Source of the DNA: Ranitomeya imitator
Taxonomy: Eukaryota
NCBI RefSeq assembly: GCF_032444005.1
Contig: NC_091283.1
Span: forward strand, 530,410,001-530,474,000
Length of the DNA stretch: 64,000 nucleotides
Reading direction: 5' to 3'
The translations under genes were made by a program, and so were the position numbers. Under the pieces are notes generated by a model, which was given only the letters and a program-made list of their open reading frames with translations, was not told where the DNA came from and did not search any database. Every line of letters begins with the position of its first letter. Position 1 is the first letter of the stretch. This document shows positions 34,824 through 46,369 of the stretch, piece after piece.

Positions 34824-37800
34824 ATGAGGAAGTCTAGTGGAAGAGGTCGTGGCCGGGGGCGTTCATTGTCAGCTGGTAATGAGGGTAGTGGTAGTGGTGG
34901 AGCATCAGGTGGTCGTGGGGAAAAAAATATTGCACCTAAGTCTGGAGCTGTGGAGCCAGGTTCGTCGTCCGGCTACACAAGGCCTCGAACGCTCCCTTTT
35001 CTGGGATTAGGAAAACCGCTTTTAAAGCCGGAGCAGCAAGAGCAAGTTTTGGCTTATCTTGCTGACTCAGCCTCTAGCTCTTTTGCCTCCTCTCGTGAAA
35101 CTGGTAAAAGTAAAAGCAGCGCGTCGTTAGTGGATGTTCACGGTCAGGGACAAGTCACTTCCTTGTCCTCTTCAGCAAAAACAACAACAGAGAAGAATGC
35201 AGCAGGCGACACAACGGGTTACTCCATGGAGCTCTTTACACATACCGTCCCTGGCTTAGAAAGTGAAGCAGTTAACAGTCCATGCCCATTACAAATTGAA
35301 TCTGACATGGAGTGCACTGACGCACAGCCACAGCCAGACTACTATGCTGGTCCTTTGACTCAGACCACAACATTGCCCTCGCAGGGTGCTGATCAAGAAT
35401 CAGACCCTGATGAGACTATGTTGCCCCATCACGAACGCTATACCACCGAACGACACGGTGACACAGACGAAGTTGCGCAGGAGGTACAAGAAGAGTTATT
35501 AGATGACCCAGTTCTTGACCCCGATTGGCAGCCATTGGGGGAACAGGGTGCAGGCGGCAGCAGTTCTGAAGCAGAGGAGGAGGAGGGGCCGCAGCAGGCA
35601 TCAACATCGCCACAGGTTCCATCTGCCGGGCCCGTATCTTGCCCAAAACGCGTGGCAAAGCCAAAACCTGGTGGAGGACAGCGTGGCCATCCGGTTAAAG
35701 CTCAGTCTGCAATGCCTGAAAAGGTATCCGATGCTAGAAAGAGTGCAGTCTGGCATTTTTTTAAACAACATCCAATTGATCAGCGCAAAGTCATCTGTCA
35801 AAAATGTTCTACTTCCTTAAGCAGAGGTCAGAATCTGAAAAGTCTCAATACTAGTTGCATGCATAGACATTTAACCACCATGCATTTGAAAGCTTGGACT
35901 AACTACCAAACGTCCCTTAAGGTTGTTGCACCCTCGGCCAATGAAGCTAGTCATCAACGCAACATCCCTTCCGGCAGTGTAGGACCACCATTTAGCGCAC
36001 CACCTGCTGTATCTGTGCAGGTATCTTTGCCAGGCCAAAGCAGTCAGGGTCAGGGAATCACCAGTTTCGTAGTAGGAAACACTGCATCTAGGGCACCGGC
36101 GGCAACAATACCATCTCCCACCGTCTCTCAGTCTGCCATGTCCACCGGCACCCCCGCTAGTTCCACGATCTCCAGCTCTCCAGTCCAGCTCACCCTACAT
36201 GAGACTATGGTTAGAAAAAGGAAATACTTAGCCTCGCATCCGCGTACACAGGGTTTGAACGCCCACATAGCTAGACTAATCTCGTTAGAGATGATGCCCT
36301 ACCGGTTAGTTGAAAGCGAAGCTTTCAAAGACCTGATGGACTACGCTGTACCACGCTACGAGCTACCCAGTCGACACTTTTTTTCCAGAAAAGCCATCCC
36401 AGCCCTCCACCAGCATGTTAAAGAGCGCATCGTCCATGCACTCAGGCAATCTGTGAGCACAAAGGTGCACCTGACAACAGATGCATGGACCAGTAGGCAT
36501 GGCCAGGGACGTTACGTGTCCATCACGGCACACTGGGTAAATGTGGTGGATTCAGGGTCCACAGGGGACAGCAAGTTTGGGACAGTTCTGCCTAGCCCAC
36601 GGTCTAGTAAACAGTTGTCTGTAGCCGTTCGCACCCCCTCCTCCTCCTCCTCCTCCTCGTCCTCCTGCAGAAGCAAGAGCTCGTCCACAGACCGCAGTCG
36701 CACAAACACTCCATCCGCACCTGCCACTGTTGCACACCAGGTCTCCCATTATGGGGCAGCTACTGGCATACGTCAGCAGGCTGTATTGGCTATGAAGTGT
36801 TTGGGCGACAATAGACACACCGCGGAAGTTCTGTCCGAGTTCTTGCAGCAAGAAACGCAGTCGTGGCTGGGCACTGTAGATCTTGAGGCAGGCAAGGTAG
36901 TGAGTGATAACGGAAGGAATTTCATGGCTGCCATCTCCCTTTCCCAACTGAAACACATTCCTTGCCTGGCTCACACCTTAAACCTGGTGGTGCAGTGCTT
37001 CCTGAAAAGTTATCCGGGGTTATCCGACCTGCTCCTCAAAGTGCGTGGACTTTGCGCACATATCCGCCGTTCGCCTGTACACTCCAGCCGTATGCAGACC
37101 TATCAGCGTTCTTTGAACCTTCCCCAGCATCGCCTAATCATAGACGTTGCAACAAGGTGGAACTCAACATTGCACATGCTTCAGAGACTGTGCGAACAGA
37201 GGCGGGCTGTTATGTTTTTGTGGGAGGATACACATACACGGGCAGGCAGTAGGATGGCAGACATGGAGTTGTCAGGTGTGCAGTGGTCGAAGATTCAAGA
37301 CATGTGTCAAGTCCTTCAGTGTTTTGAGGAATGCACACGGCTGGTTAGTGCAGACAACGCCATAATAAGCATGAGCATCCCCCTAATGCGTCTGCTGATG
37401 CAAAGTTTGACGCACATAAAGGATCAGGCGTCTGCACCAGAGGAAGAGGAAAGCCTTGATGACAGTCAGCGATTGTCTGGTCAGGGCAGTGTACATGACG
37501 AGGTACCGGGCGAAGAGGAGGTGGAGGATGAGGAGGATGATGGGGATGAGTATATTTTTAATGAGGAAGCTTTCCCGGGGGCACGGGAAATTGGTGGCGT
37601 GGCAAGGCCGGGTTCTGGTTTTTTGAGGGACACAAGTGACGTAGATTTGCCTGCAACTGCCCCTCAACCAAGCACAACCGCAGATTTGACAACGGGAACT
37701 TTGGCCCACATGGCGGATTATGCCTTGCGTATCCTCAAAAGGGACACACGCATTACAAAAATGATGAACGATGACGATTACTGGTTGGCCTGCCTCCTTG

Positions 37801-38402
37801 ATCCTCGCTATAAAGGCAAATTGCAAAATATTATGCCACATGAGAACTTGGAACTAATATTAGCAACAAAACAATCAACTCTTGTTGACCGTTTGCTTCT
37901 GGCATTCCCTGCACACAGCGCCCGTGATCGTTCTCACACGAGCTCCAGGGGCCAGCAGACCAGAGGTGTTAGAGGGGCAGAAATCAGAAGTGGCGTTGGC
38001 CAGAGGGGTTTTCTGACCAGGTTGTGGAGTGATTTTTCTATGACCGCAGACAGGACAGGTACTGCAGCATCAATTCAAAGTGACAGGAGACAACATTTGT
38101 CCAGTATGGTTACAAACTATTTTTCATCCCTTATCGACGTTCTCCCTCAACCGTCATTCCCATTTGATTACTGGGCATCCAAATTAGACACCTGGCCAGA
38201 ATTGGCAGAATATGCATTGCAGGAGCTTGCTTGCCCGGCAGCTAGTGTCCTATCAGAAAGAGTATTCAGTGCTGCAGGTTCAATACTAACAGAAAAAAGG
38301 ACTCGTCTGGCTACCCAAAATGTAGATGATCTAACCTTCATTAAAATGAACCACAACTGGATTTCAAAATCTTTTGCCCCACCCTGCCCGGCTGACACCT
38401 AG
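34824..38402 (+). CDS. hAT transposase, 1192 aa (BED zinc finger, DDE core, C-terminal dimerisation domain)
   Basis: Single uninterrupted ORF; SAVWHFF..C..C..HRHLTTMH (BED); LTTDAWTS (D553), VSDNG (D695), CLAH, DVATRWNST, LLDPRYK, SVLSERVFS (E1145). Confidence 0.96.
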   Translation: MRKSSGRGRGRGRSLSAGNEGSGSGGASGGRGEKNIAPKSGAVEPGSSSGYTRPRTLPFLGLGKPLLKPEQQEQVLAYLADSASSSFASSRETGKSKSSASLVDVHGQGQVTSLSSSAKTTTEKNAAGDTTGYSMELFTHTVPGLESEAVNSPCPLQIESDMECTDAQPQPDYYAGPLTQTTTLPSQGADQESDPDETMLPHHERYTTERHGDTDEVAQEVQEELLDDPVLDPDWQPLGEQGAGGSSSEAEEEEGPQQASTSPQVPSAGPVSCPKRVAKPKPGGGQRGHPVKAQSAMPEKVSDARKSAVWHFFKQHPIDQRKVICQKCSTSLSRGQNLKSLNTSCMHRHLTTMHLKAWTNYQTSLKVVAPSANEASHQRNIPSGSVGPPFSAPPAVSVQVSLPGQSSQGQGITSFVVGNTASRAPAATIPSPTVSQSAMSTGTPASSTISSSPVQLTLHETMVRKRKYLASHPRTQGLNAHIARLISLEMMPYRLVESEAFKDLMDYAVPRYELPSRHFFSRKAIPALHQHVKERIVHALRQSVSTKVHLTTDAWTSRHGQGRYVSITAHWVNVVDSGSTGDSKFGTVLPSPRSSKQLSVAVRTPSSSSSSSSSCRSKSSSTDRSRTNTPSAPATVAHQVSHYGAATGIRQQAVLAMKCLGDNRHTAEVLSEFLQQETQSWLGTVDLEAGKVVSDNGRNFMAAISLSQLKHIPCLAHTLNLVVQCFLKSYPGLSDLLLKVRGLCAHIRRSPVHSSRMQTYQRSLNLPQHRLIIDVATRWNSTLHMLQRLCEQRRAVMFLWEDTHTRAGSRMADMELSGVQWSKIQDMCQVLQCFEECTRLVSADNAIISMSIPLMRLLMQSLTHIKDQASAPEEEESLDDSQRLSGQGSVHDEVPGEEEVEDEEDDGDEYIFNEEAFPGAREIGGVARPGSGFLRDTSDVDLPATAPQPSTTADLTTGTLAHMADYALRILKRDTRITKMMNDDDYWLACLLDPRYKGKLQNIMPHENLELILATKQSTLVDRLLLAFPAHSARDRSHTSSRGQQTRGVRGAEIRSGVGQRGFLTRLWSDFSMTADRTGTAASIQSDRRQHLSSMVTNYFSSLIDVLPQPSFPFDYWASKLDTWPELAEYALQELACPAASVLSERVFSAAGSILTEKRTRLATQNVDDLTFIKMNHNWISKSFAPPCPADT

Positions 38403-38859
38403 CTTTCCTATGAAAAGGTCTTGCCTGTGGACTATTCTGAATGACTTTTCCAATCTCGTAATTTTCTTCACCTGATTGTCCAGCATACGACATGTTTCCA
38501 CCTCACGAAATGGCCAAACTCCCCACACGGGGCCGTGCTATCGCCACTTTGCGCTTGGACCCTTGAGAGTGCTGTTTGTCTGAAGAGGTGGGTGTGGCCG
38601 CTTTTGGTCGACGGCACTGCCACTGGGTCCCTCATAGTACAATAAAGTGTCTCTGGCGGTGGTGGTGCGCACCCAACGTCAGACACACCGTTGTAATATG
38701 AGGGGCCCTGTGCCTGTACCGCCGGCCACAAGACAGTTCCCCCCCCCAGCTCAAACAGTGCTCTACCACTAGCAAAATTATCTCTCACAGCTTCACCAAT
38801 GTGTAGTCTAGGCGCTGACATCCTTCAATGCCTGGCACTGACAATACCATTGTTTTGAC

Positions 38860-41165
38860 ATTTTTGTTATGTTAGGCCTTCGAAGCCTGTCTGCGGTCCC
38901 TTCTTTCTACAACTACTACACTGACCAGGCCACTGCTGGCCGTGTTACCCTGGAACCAATTTAAAAGTGCCTACAGTCAGCCCAATTTTGTTATGTTAGG
39001 CCTTCGAAGACTGTCTGCCGTCACTCCTTCCACTAGACTTCCACTGACCATACACTGCTGCCCGTGTACCCCTGGAACCAATTTAAAGTGCCTACAGCCA
39101 GCCCAATTTTGTTATGTTAGGCCTTCGAAGCCTGTCTGCGGTCACTCCTTCCACTAGACTTCCACTGACCAGACCACTGCTGCCCGTGTACCCCTGCAAC
39201 CAATTTAAAAGTGCCTACAGCCAGCCCAAGTTTGTTATGTTAGGCCTTGGAAGCCTGTCTGCGGTCACTCCTTCCACTAGACTTCCACTGACCAGACCAC
39301 TGCTGCCCGTGTACCCCTGGAACCAATTTAAAAGTGCCTACAGCCAGCCCAAGTTTGTTATGTTAGGCCTTCGAAGCCTGTCTGCGGTCACTCCTTCCAC
39401 TAGACTTCCACAGACCAGACCACTGCTGCCCGTGTACCCCTGGAACCAATTTAAAAGTGCCTACAGCCAGCCCAAGTTTGTTATGTTAGGCCTTGGAAGC
39501 CTGTCTGCGGTCACTCCTTCCACTAGACTTCCACTGACCAGACCACTGCTGCCCGTGTACCCCTGGAACCAATTTAAAAGTGCCTACAGCCAGCCCAAGT
39601 TTGTTATGTTAGGCCTTGGAAGCCTGTCTGCGGTCACTCCTTCCACTAGACTTCCACTGACCAGACCACTGCTGCCCGTGTACCCCTGGAACCAATTTAA
39701 AAGTGCCTACAGCCAGCCCAAGTTTGTTATGTTAGGCCTTCGAAGCCTGTCTGCGGTCACTCCTTCCACTAGACTTCCACAGACCAGACCACTGCTGCCC
39801 GTGTACCCCTGGAACCAATTTAAAAGTGCCTACAGCCAGCCCAAGTTTGTTATGTTAGGCCTTGGAAGCCTGTCTGCGGTCACTCCTTCCACTAGACTTC
39901 CACTGACCAGACCACTGCTGCCCGTGTACCCCTGGAACCAATTTAAAAGTGCCTACAGCCAGCCCAAGTTTGTTATGTTAGGCCTTGGAAGCCTGTCTGC
40001 GGTCACTCCTTCCACTAGACTTCCACTGACCATACACTGCTGCCCATGTACCCCTGGAACAAATTTAAAAGTGCCTACAGCCAGCCCAAGTTTGTTATGT
40101 TAGGCCTTCGAAGCCTGTCTGCGTCCCGTTCTTTCAACTACAACTACACTGACCAGGCCACTGATGGCCGTGTTCCCTTGGAACCAATTTTAACTTGCCT
40201 ACAGCCAGCCCTATGTTATTATGTTAGGCCTTCGAAGCCTGTCTGCGGTCACTCCTTCCACTAGACTTCCACAGACCAGACCACTGCTGCCCGTGTACCC
40301 CTGGAACCAATTTAAAAGTGCCTACAGCCAGCCCAAGTTTGTTATGTTAGGCCTTGGAAGCCTGTCTGCGGTCACTCCTTCCACTAGACTTCCACTGACC
40401 AGACCACTGCTGCCCGTGTACCCCTGGAACCAATTTAAAAGTGCCTACAGCCAGCCCAAGTTTGTTATGTTAGGCCTTCGAAGCCTGTCTGCGGTCACTC
40501 CTTCCACTAGACTTCCACAGACCAGACCACTGCTGCCCGTGTACCCCTGGAACCAATTTAAAAGTGCCTACAGCCAGCCCAAGTTTGTTATGTTAGGCCT
40601 TCGAAGCCTGTCTGCGGTCACTCCTTCCACTAGACTTCCACAGACCAGACCACTGCTGCCCGTGTACCCCTGGAACCAATTTAAAAGTGCCTACAGCCAG
40701 CCCAAGTTTGTTATGTTAGGCCTTGGAAGCCTGTCTGCGGTCACTCCTTCCACTAGACTTCCACTGACCAGACCACTGCTGCCCGTGTACCCCTGGAACC
40801 AATTTAAAAGTGCCTACAGCCAGCCCAAGTTTGTTATGTTAGGCCTTGGAAGCCTGTCTGCGGTCACTCCTTCCACTAGACTTCCACTGACCATACACTG
40901 CTGCCCATGTACCCCTGGAACAAATTTAAAAGTGCCTACAGCCAGCCCAAGTTTGTTATGTTAGGCCTTCGAAGCCTGTCTGCGTCCCGTTCTTTCAACT
41001 ACAACTACACTGACCAGGCCACTGATGGCCGTGTTCCCCTGGAACCAATTTTAACTTGCCTACAGCCAGCCCAATGTTAGGCCTTTGATGCCTGTCTGCC
41101 GTCACTCCTTCCACTAGGCCTCCACTGACCTGTCTATTGCTGCCCGTGTACCCCTTGAACCAACA
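38860..41165. repeat. 123-bp tandem array (about 18-19 units) 3' of the transposase
   Basis: Unit TTTGTTATGTTAGGCCTT..GCCTACAGCCAGCCCAAG; variant unit (CTACACTGACCAGG) at 38916, 40144, 41005. Confidence 0.97.
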
Positions 41166-41609
41166 TCATTAAATATAAAAAAAATTAATTTGATTATAAA
41201 AAATAAGATCGTGTTGAGATCTCAAATGCAGACATTTTAACAATCAAAACAAACACACAACAAATATCTGGAACTGTACTACAAAGGTCCAACAGCTACA
41301 ATTTCTTTCTCCTGCAAGAAGTTAACTGAAAGTTTTTTGGAGTTGTTAACACAGATATGGCATCCACCGAGTGTTGTCCTGTCGCGTCTCCTTTAAATTA
41401 TTTCCAATAAGATGTTAAACTATTAATTTAATAAAATCAATAATTAAAAAAATAATTGAGTAAGTCAAAAGCACATTGCAAATAAACATTAATTACAAAT
41501 CAAGAAGCATGGCGCGTCCGAGGGTGAGTAGATACCGAATAAGAATATAATCACCCTCGGACGCGCAATGCTTATTTACAACAGCCTTCCTTCCTAAGAA
41601 TCAGCCCTT

Positions 41610-42840
41610 TCGTGGTGTAGAGAGAGGTTGTGTTACACTCCAAGGTGTTCCCCGGGTTGCCTTTCATGAGCTTCGATCTTCCGGCTCTCGTTTAGTAGTT
41701 GGTGGAAACTACGCTGCATTAGGCCTACAAATTTGGTATGGGGTGTAGAGACAGGTTGTGTTACACTCCAAGGTTTTCACCAGGTTGCCTTTCCTGAGCT
41801 TCGATCTTCATGCTCTCGTTTAGTAGGTGTCGGAAAGTAGGCTGCATTAGGCCTACAAATTGGGTATGGGGTGGAGAGAGATGGTGTGTTACACTCCAAG
41901 GTGTTCCCCAGGTTTCCTTGCCATTGCTTCGGTCTTCCGACTCTCGTTTAGTAGTTGTAGAAAAGTACACAGCATTAGGCCTACAAAATGGGTATGGGGT
42001 GGAGAGAGATGGTGTGTTACACTCCAAGGTGTTCCCCAGGTTGCCTTTCCTGAGCTTCGATCTTCATGCTCTCGTTTAGTAGGTGTCGGAAAGTAGGCTG
42101 CATTAGGCCTACAAATTGGGTATGGGGTGGAGAGAGATGGTGTGTTACACTCCAAGGTGTTCCCCAGTTTTCCTTGCCATTGCTTCGGTCTTCCGACTCT
42201 CGTTTAGTAGTTGTAGAAAAGTACACAGCATTAGGCCTACAAAATGGGTATGGGGTGGAGAGAGATGGTGTGTTACACTCCAAGGTGTTCCCCAGGTTGC
42301 CTTTCCTGAGCTTCGATCTTCATGCTCTCGTTTAGTAGGTGTCGGAAAGTAGGCTGCATTAGGCCTAAAAAATGGGGAATGGGGTGGAGAGAGATGGTGT
42401 GTTACACTCCAAGGTGTTCCCCAGGTTTCCTTGCCATTGCTTCGGTCTTCCGACTCTCGTTTAGTAGTTGTAGAAAAGTACACTGCATTAGGCCTAAAAA
42501 ATGGGTATGGGGTGGAGAGAGATGGTGTGTTACACTCCAAGGTGTTCCCCAGGTTGCCTTTCCTGAGCTTCGATCTTCATGCTCTCGTTTAGTAGGTGTC
42601 GGAAAGTAGGCTGCATTAGGCCTACAAATTGGGTATGGGGTGGAGAGAGATGGTGTGTTACACTCCAAGGTGTTCCCCAGGTTTCCTTGCCATTGCTTCG
42701 GTCTTCCGACTCTCGTTTAGTAGTTGTAGAAAAGTACACAGCATTAGGCCTACAAAATGGGTATGGGGTGGAGAGAGATGGTGTGTTACACTCCAAGGTG
42801 TTCCCCAGGTTGCCTTTCCTGAGCTTCTATCTTCAGGCTC
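41610..42840. repeat. 128-bp tandem array with alternating A/B variants (256-bp dimer)
   Basis: ATGGTGTGTTACACTCC at 41881, 42009, 42137, 42265, 42394, 42522, 42650, 42778; intervening halves alternate between two sequences. Confidence 0.96.
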
Positions 42841-44081
42841 TCATTAAATTGTGGTTAAATGGAACAACTGCATTTGGCGTACTAGTTGGTTTGGGGCCTA
42901 CTATCGGTGTCTGCCACTCCTTGCTGTTCTCCTGGTTTCCTGTCCTGAAATACCATTTTCAGCCTCTCGTTAAGTAGTTGTTAATGTTAGACTGCATTTG
43001 GCCTACTAGTTGGGTTGGGGCCTACTATCGGTGTCTGCCACTCCTTGCTGTTCTCCTCCACTGAACAAAGCTGTGCCGCCTGTTTACTACGGTTGCCAAT
43101 TTTGAACTGCATTTCGACTACTTACTGATTTGGCCCTACTCTCTGTGTCAGCCTCTCATTCCAGTTGTCCTCCACTGCAATGCCCCCTGGTTATTCCTGT
43201 GTTACCAATTTTGAACTGCATTTAGCCCACTTTCTTCTTTGGGCCTATATCTGTGTTTCCACTTCATCGTGCCCATTGCCCAGCCAGTGATAGATGAGTC
43301 TGCTGGTACATTGACCCATAACGCAACATTCCCCGTGCACGCTACACAACAACATTGTGACCCTGCTGAAAGTCAGGTTGCTCTTCCCGCATACCATACC
43401 ACCTTACACGGGGACAAAGAGGAAGGTGCAGATGAAAGTGCAGGTTCCTTCATCAGGTGGGGGGAGGAATACTAGTTGGCGACGTCACTGGCACAGGGCC
43501 TCTCATAGTACGCAAAAGTGTTGCTGCCGGTGGGAGGCGCCCCCGCCGTGCAAACACACCGCTGTACTTTGAGGGGCCCTGTGCCAGTGCCAATGCCAAC
43601 GAGTGGGCCCCCCCTGCTTGCTCAGGTTCACAGCACTTGCAAAGTTGAAATACTTACCTCTCCCTGCTCCACTGCCGTGACGTGGTCCAGATTTCCTGGG
43701 CCCACTAATTACTTGAACCAGCCCTACCCCCCACAACTTTAGCCAAATGACCCCCAATTTCAAATGCCTTCCAATTATTATAAGGTAAATAACGCTTGAC
43801 AAGCTTCATTAAGAAGAATGGATGGTTTTGACATTAAAATGGGCACTCTAGGTGTTTTCCTGGCCCCCACTCACTGCCGACTATGCTGCCCCATTGACTT
43901 GCATTGGGTTTCGTGTTTCGGTCGATCCCGACTTTACGTCATAATCGGCCGATTTCACTCGACCCGACTTTGGACATAGTCGGGTTTCGCAAAACCCGGC
44001 TCGACTCTAAAAAGGTCAAGGTCGCTCAACTCTAATGAACACAACAGGAGACCTGGATACTGTTGCCAACCAACCAATTAT

Positions 44082-46270
44082 TTAATCTGGAAGAAGAGTG
44101 GCAAATTCCTGCGAGATCCAGGCCTTGTTCATTTTCAGAAAAGTAAGACGGTTAACGTTATCAGAGGATAGTAGCATACGACGGTCTGTTAGTACACCAC
44201 CTGCGGCACTAAAGACGCATTCCAATAATACACTAGCAGCAGGGCAAGCCAGCACCTCCAATGCATACTGGCTAAGGTCTGGCCATGTATCCAGCTTAGA
44301 GACCCAAAACTTGAAAGGGGAAGAGCCGTCTGGGAGTACAGTGAGAGGGCAAGACATGTAGTCTGTCACCATCTGACGGAAACATTGCCTCCTGCTGACA
44401 GGAGCAGTCTGTGATGGTGTAGACATTTGAGGCGGGCACACAAAACTTTGCCACAGTTGGGCCATACTGGTCTTGCCTTGTGCTGAGGCACTGCTTCTGC
44501 TCCCTCTTTGTGCAGAGCTTCCTCCACTGCCTCGACGCACTGAGCTGCTTTGTAAAGCACTAGCAGCACTGCTCTCGATTGGACTGGAGAAGATGATGGA
44601 CTGCACCTGTGTGTCTTGGTACTCCTGCATTTTACGCTCCCAGTTCAACGGTGTTATGAGGCTTTGAAAGTTGTCCTGGTAGCGAGGATCTAGGAGGGTG
44701 TACACCCAATAATCAGCCATGTTGAGAATGTGGGCAATGTGGCGGTCGTTTCTCAGGCACTGCAGCATGAAATCAACCATGTGCTGCAGACTGCCAACTG
44801 GCCAAGAAACGCTGCCCCCTGCTTGAGGCGTGATCTCTGCCTGCTCTGCATCACCCCTCCCTCGCTCTACATACTGACTACTGGAGCATTGTGTAACTCC
44901 CTCCTCTAGAAAGATGTCTTCCTCCTCCTCTGACTCCTCCTCATCCTCCTCACATAGTGTCCCCTGCCTAGGCCTTTGTGAGGAACCACGTCGTGCAGAC
45001 TGTCAAGAAGCAGATGGCATTGTGACTCCTCATCCTCCACCTCTTCCACAACCTCATCCTTTAGCGCTCGCAGTCTTTTTTCAAGCAGGCAGATAAGGGG
45101 GATAGTCATGATGACTAGTGCATCATCTGCACTCACCATCCATGTGGAATCATTGAAGGCACGCAAAACCTGGCAGATGTCCTTTATAGTGGCCCACTCA
45201 GTGGTTGTGAAGTCTGAACGGCGTGCAGTGCAACTTCTCTGCGCCTGATGCAGCTGGTACTCCATTACTGCTTGCTGCTGCTCACACAACCGCTCCAACA
45301 TATGTAGCGTTGAATTCCACCTGGTGGGTAGGTCACATATGATGCGATGTTTTGGAAGGTGGAATCGGCGCTGCAGAGCTGCAATGTGCAATCTTGTCAT
45401 GCTGCAACGCCGCAAGTGAGCACACGATAGGCAAACCTTGTGCAGCAGTGCATCAAGATCCGGATAGTCCCTCAAAAAACTCTCCACGACCAAGTTGAGC
45501 ACATGTGCCAGACATGTGATGTGAGTGAGGTTGCCTAGGCCCAGAGCTGCCACCAGATTTCGGCCATTGTCACACACTACCATGCCTAGCTGGAGATTCG
45601 CTGGCACAAGCCACCAGTCTCTCTCCTGCTTGATGGCATTCCAGAGTTCCTGCGCTGTGTGGCTTCGATTCCCCAAAGAAATTAATTTCAATATGGCCTG
45701 TTGACGTTTGCCCACAGTTGTGCTCATACCAGTCGTAACAGGTAAGCGTTCATGGGTCCATGTGGAGGTGGACTGTGACAGCTCCTGCAGCGCTGATTCA
45801 GAGGAACTGGAGTATGAGGAGGAGTCAATGTATACAGACTGGATTCCTGCAATCCTTGGAGTTGGCAGAACACGTACAGCGCCACTCTCACGATCTGTAC
45901 CCGACTCCACAACATTTACCCAATGGGCAGTGAGGGAAAGGTATCATCCCTGTCCATGGTGACTGGTCCACGCATCGGTGATGAGGTGGACTTTGCTACT
46001 GATGGCATTTGGTAGCGCATGTTTAATGTTTCCCTCCACATGCTTTTGCAGGGCAGGAACAGCTTGCCTGCTGAAATTAAAGCGTCTGGGCATGTTGTAT
46101 TGTTGGACTGCCAATACCATCAAGTTACGGAAGGTGTCAGTCTCCACCAGCCTGAATGACAGCATTTCAAGGGACAGTAGTTTTGCAATGCCAGCATTCA
46201 GAGCCTGTGCTTGGGGGTGGTTTGCCGAGAATGGCCACCTTTTCTCCCATGCCTGTGCTACTGATGCCCA
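44082..46270 (-). pseudogene. Older, divergent hAT transposase (element C)
   Basis: Fragments NHPQAQALNAGIAKLLSLEML, HLITDAWTS, VVCDNGRN, CLAHVLNL, DLPTRWNST, LLDPRY, ACPAASVLLECVFSAAG; frameshifts and stops. Confidence 0.92.
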
Positions 46271-46369
46271 CCCTTAAAATTATTATTTGCCCTCTCCCGA
46301 TAATCATTTGCTCTCCCCACCCACCACCTTCAATTCAATTGCTGTCTCTCTTCCCTCACTCTCAATTCA

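Larger units (their letters stand above)
30677..44034 (+). mobile_element. Full-length, apparently autonomous hAT element B (13,358 bp)
   Basis: TIRs TAGGGTTGAGCGA / TCGCTCAACTCTA; perfect 8-bp TSD ATGAACAC at 30669-30676 and 44035-44042; intact transposase ORF. Confidence 0.97.

Noticed and set aside
39114-40964. 329-aa and 247-aa ORFs with 41-aa repeats
   Set aside because: Arise because the 123-bp unit is a multiple of 3; the frame is broken by variant units, consistent with non-coding satellite
41610-42840. CRISPR-like pattern (constant repeat + intervening sequence)
   Set aside because: Intervening segments are only two alternating types, not unique spacers; eukaryotic context, no cas genes
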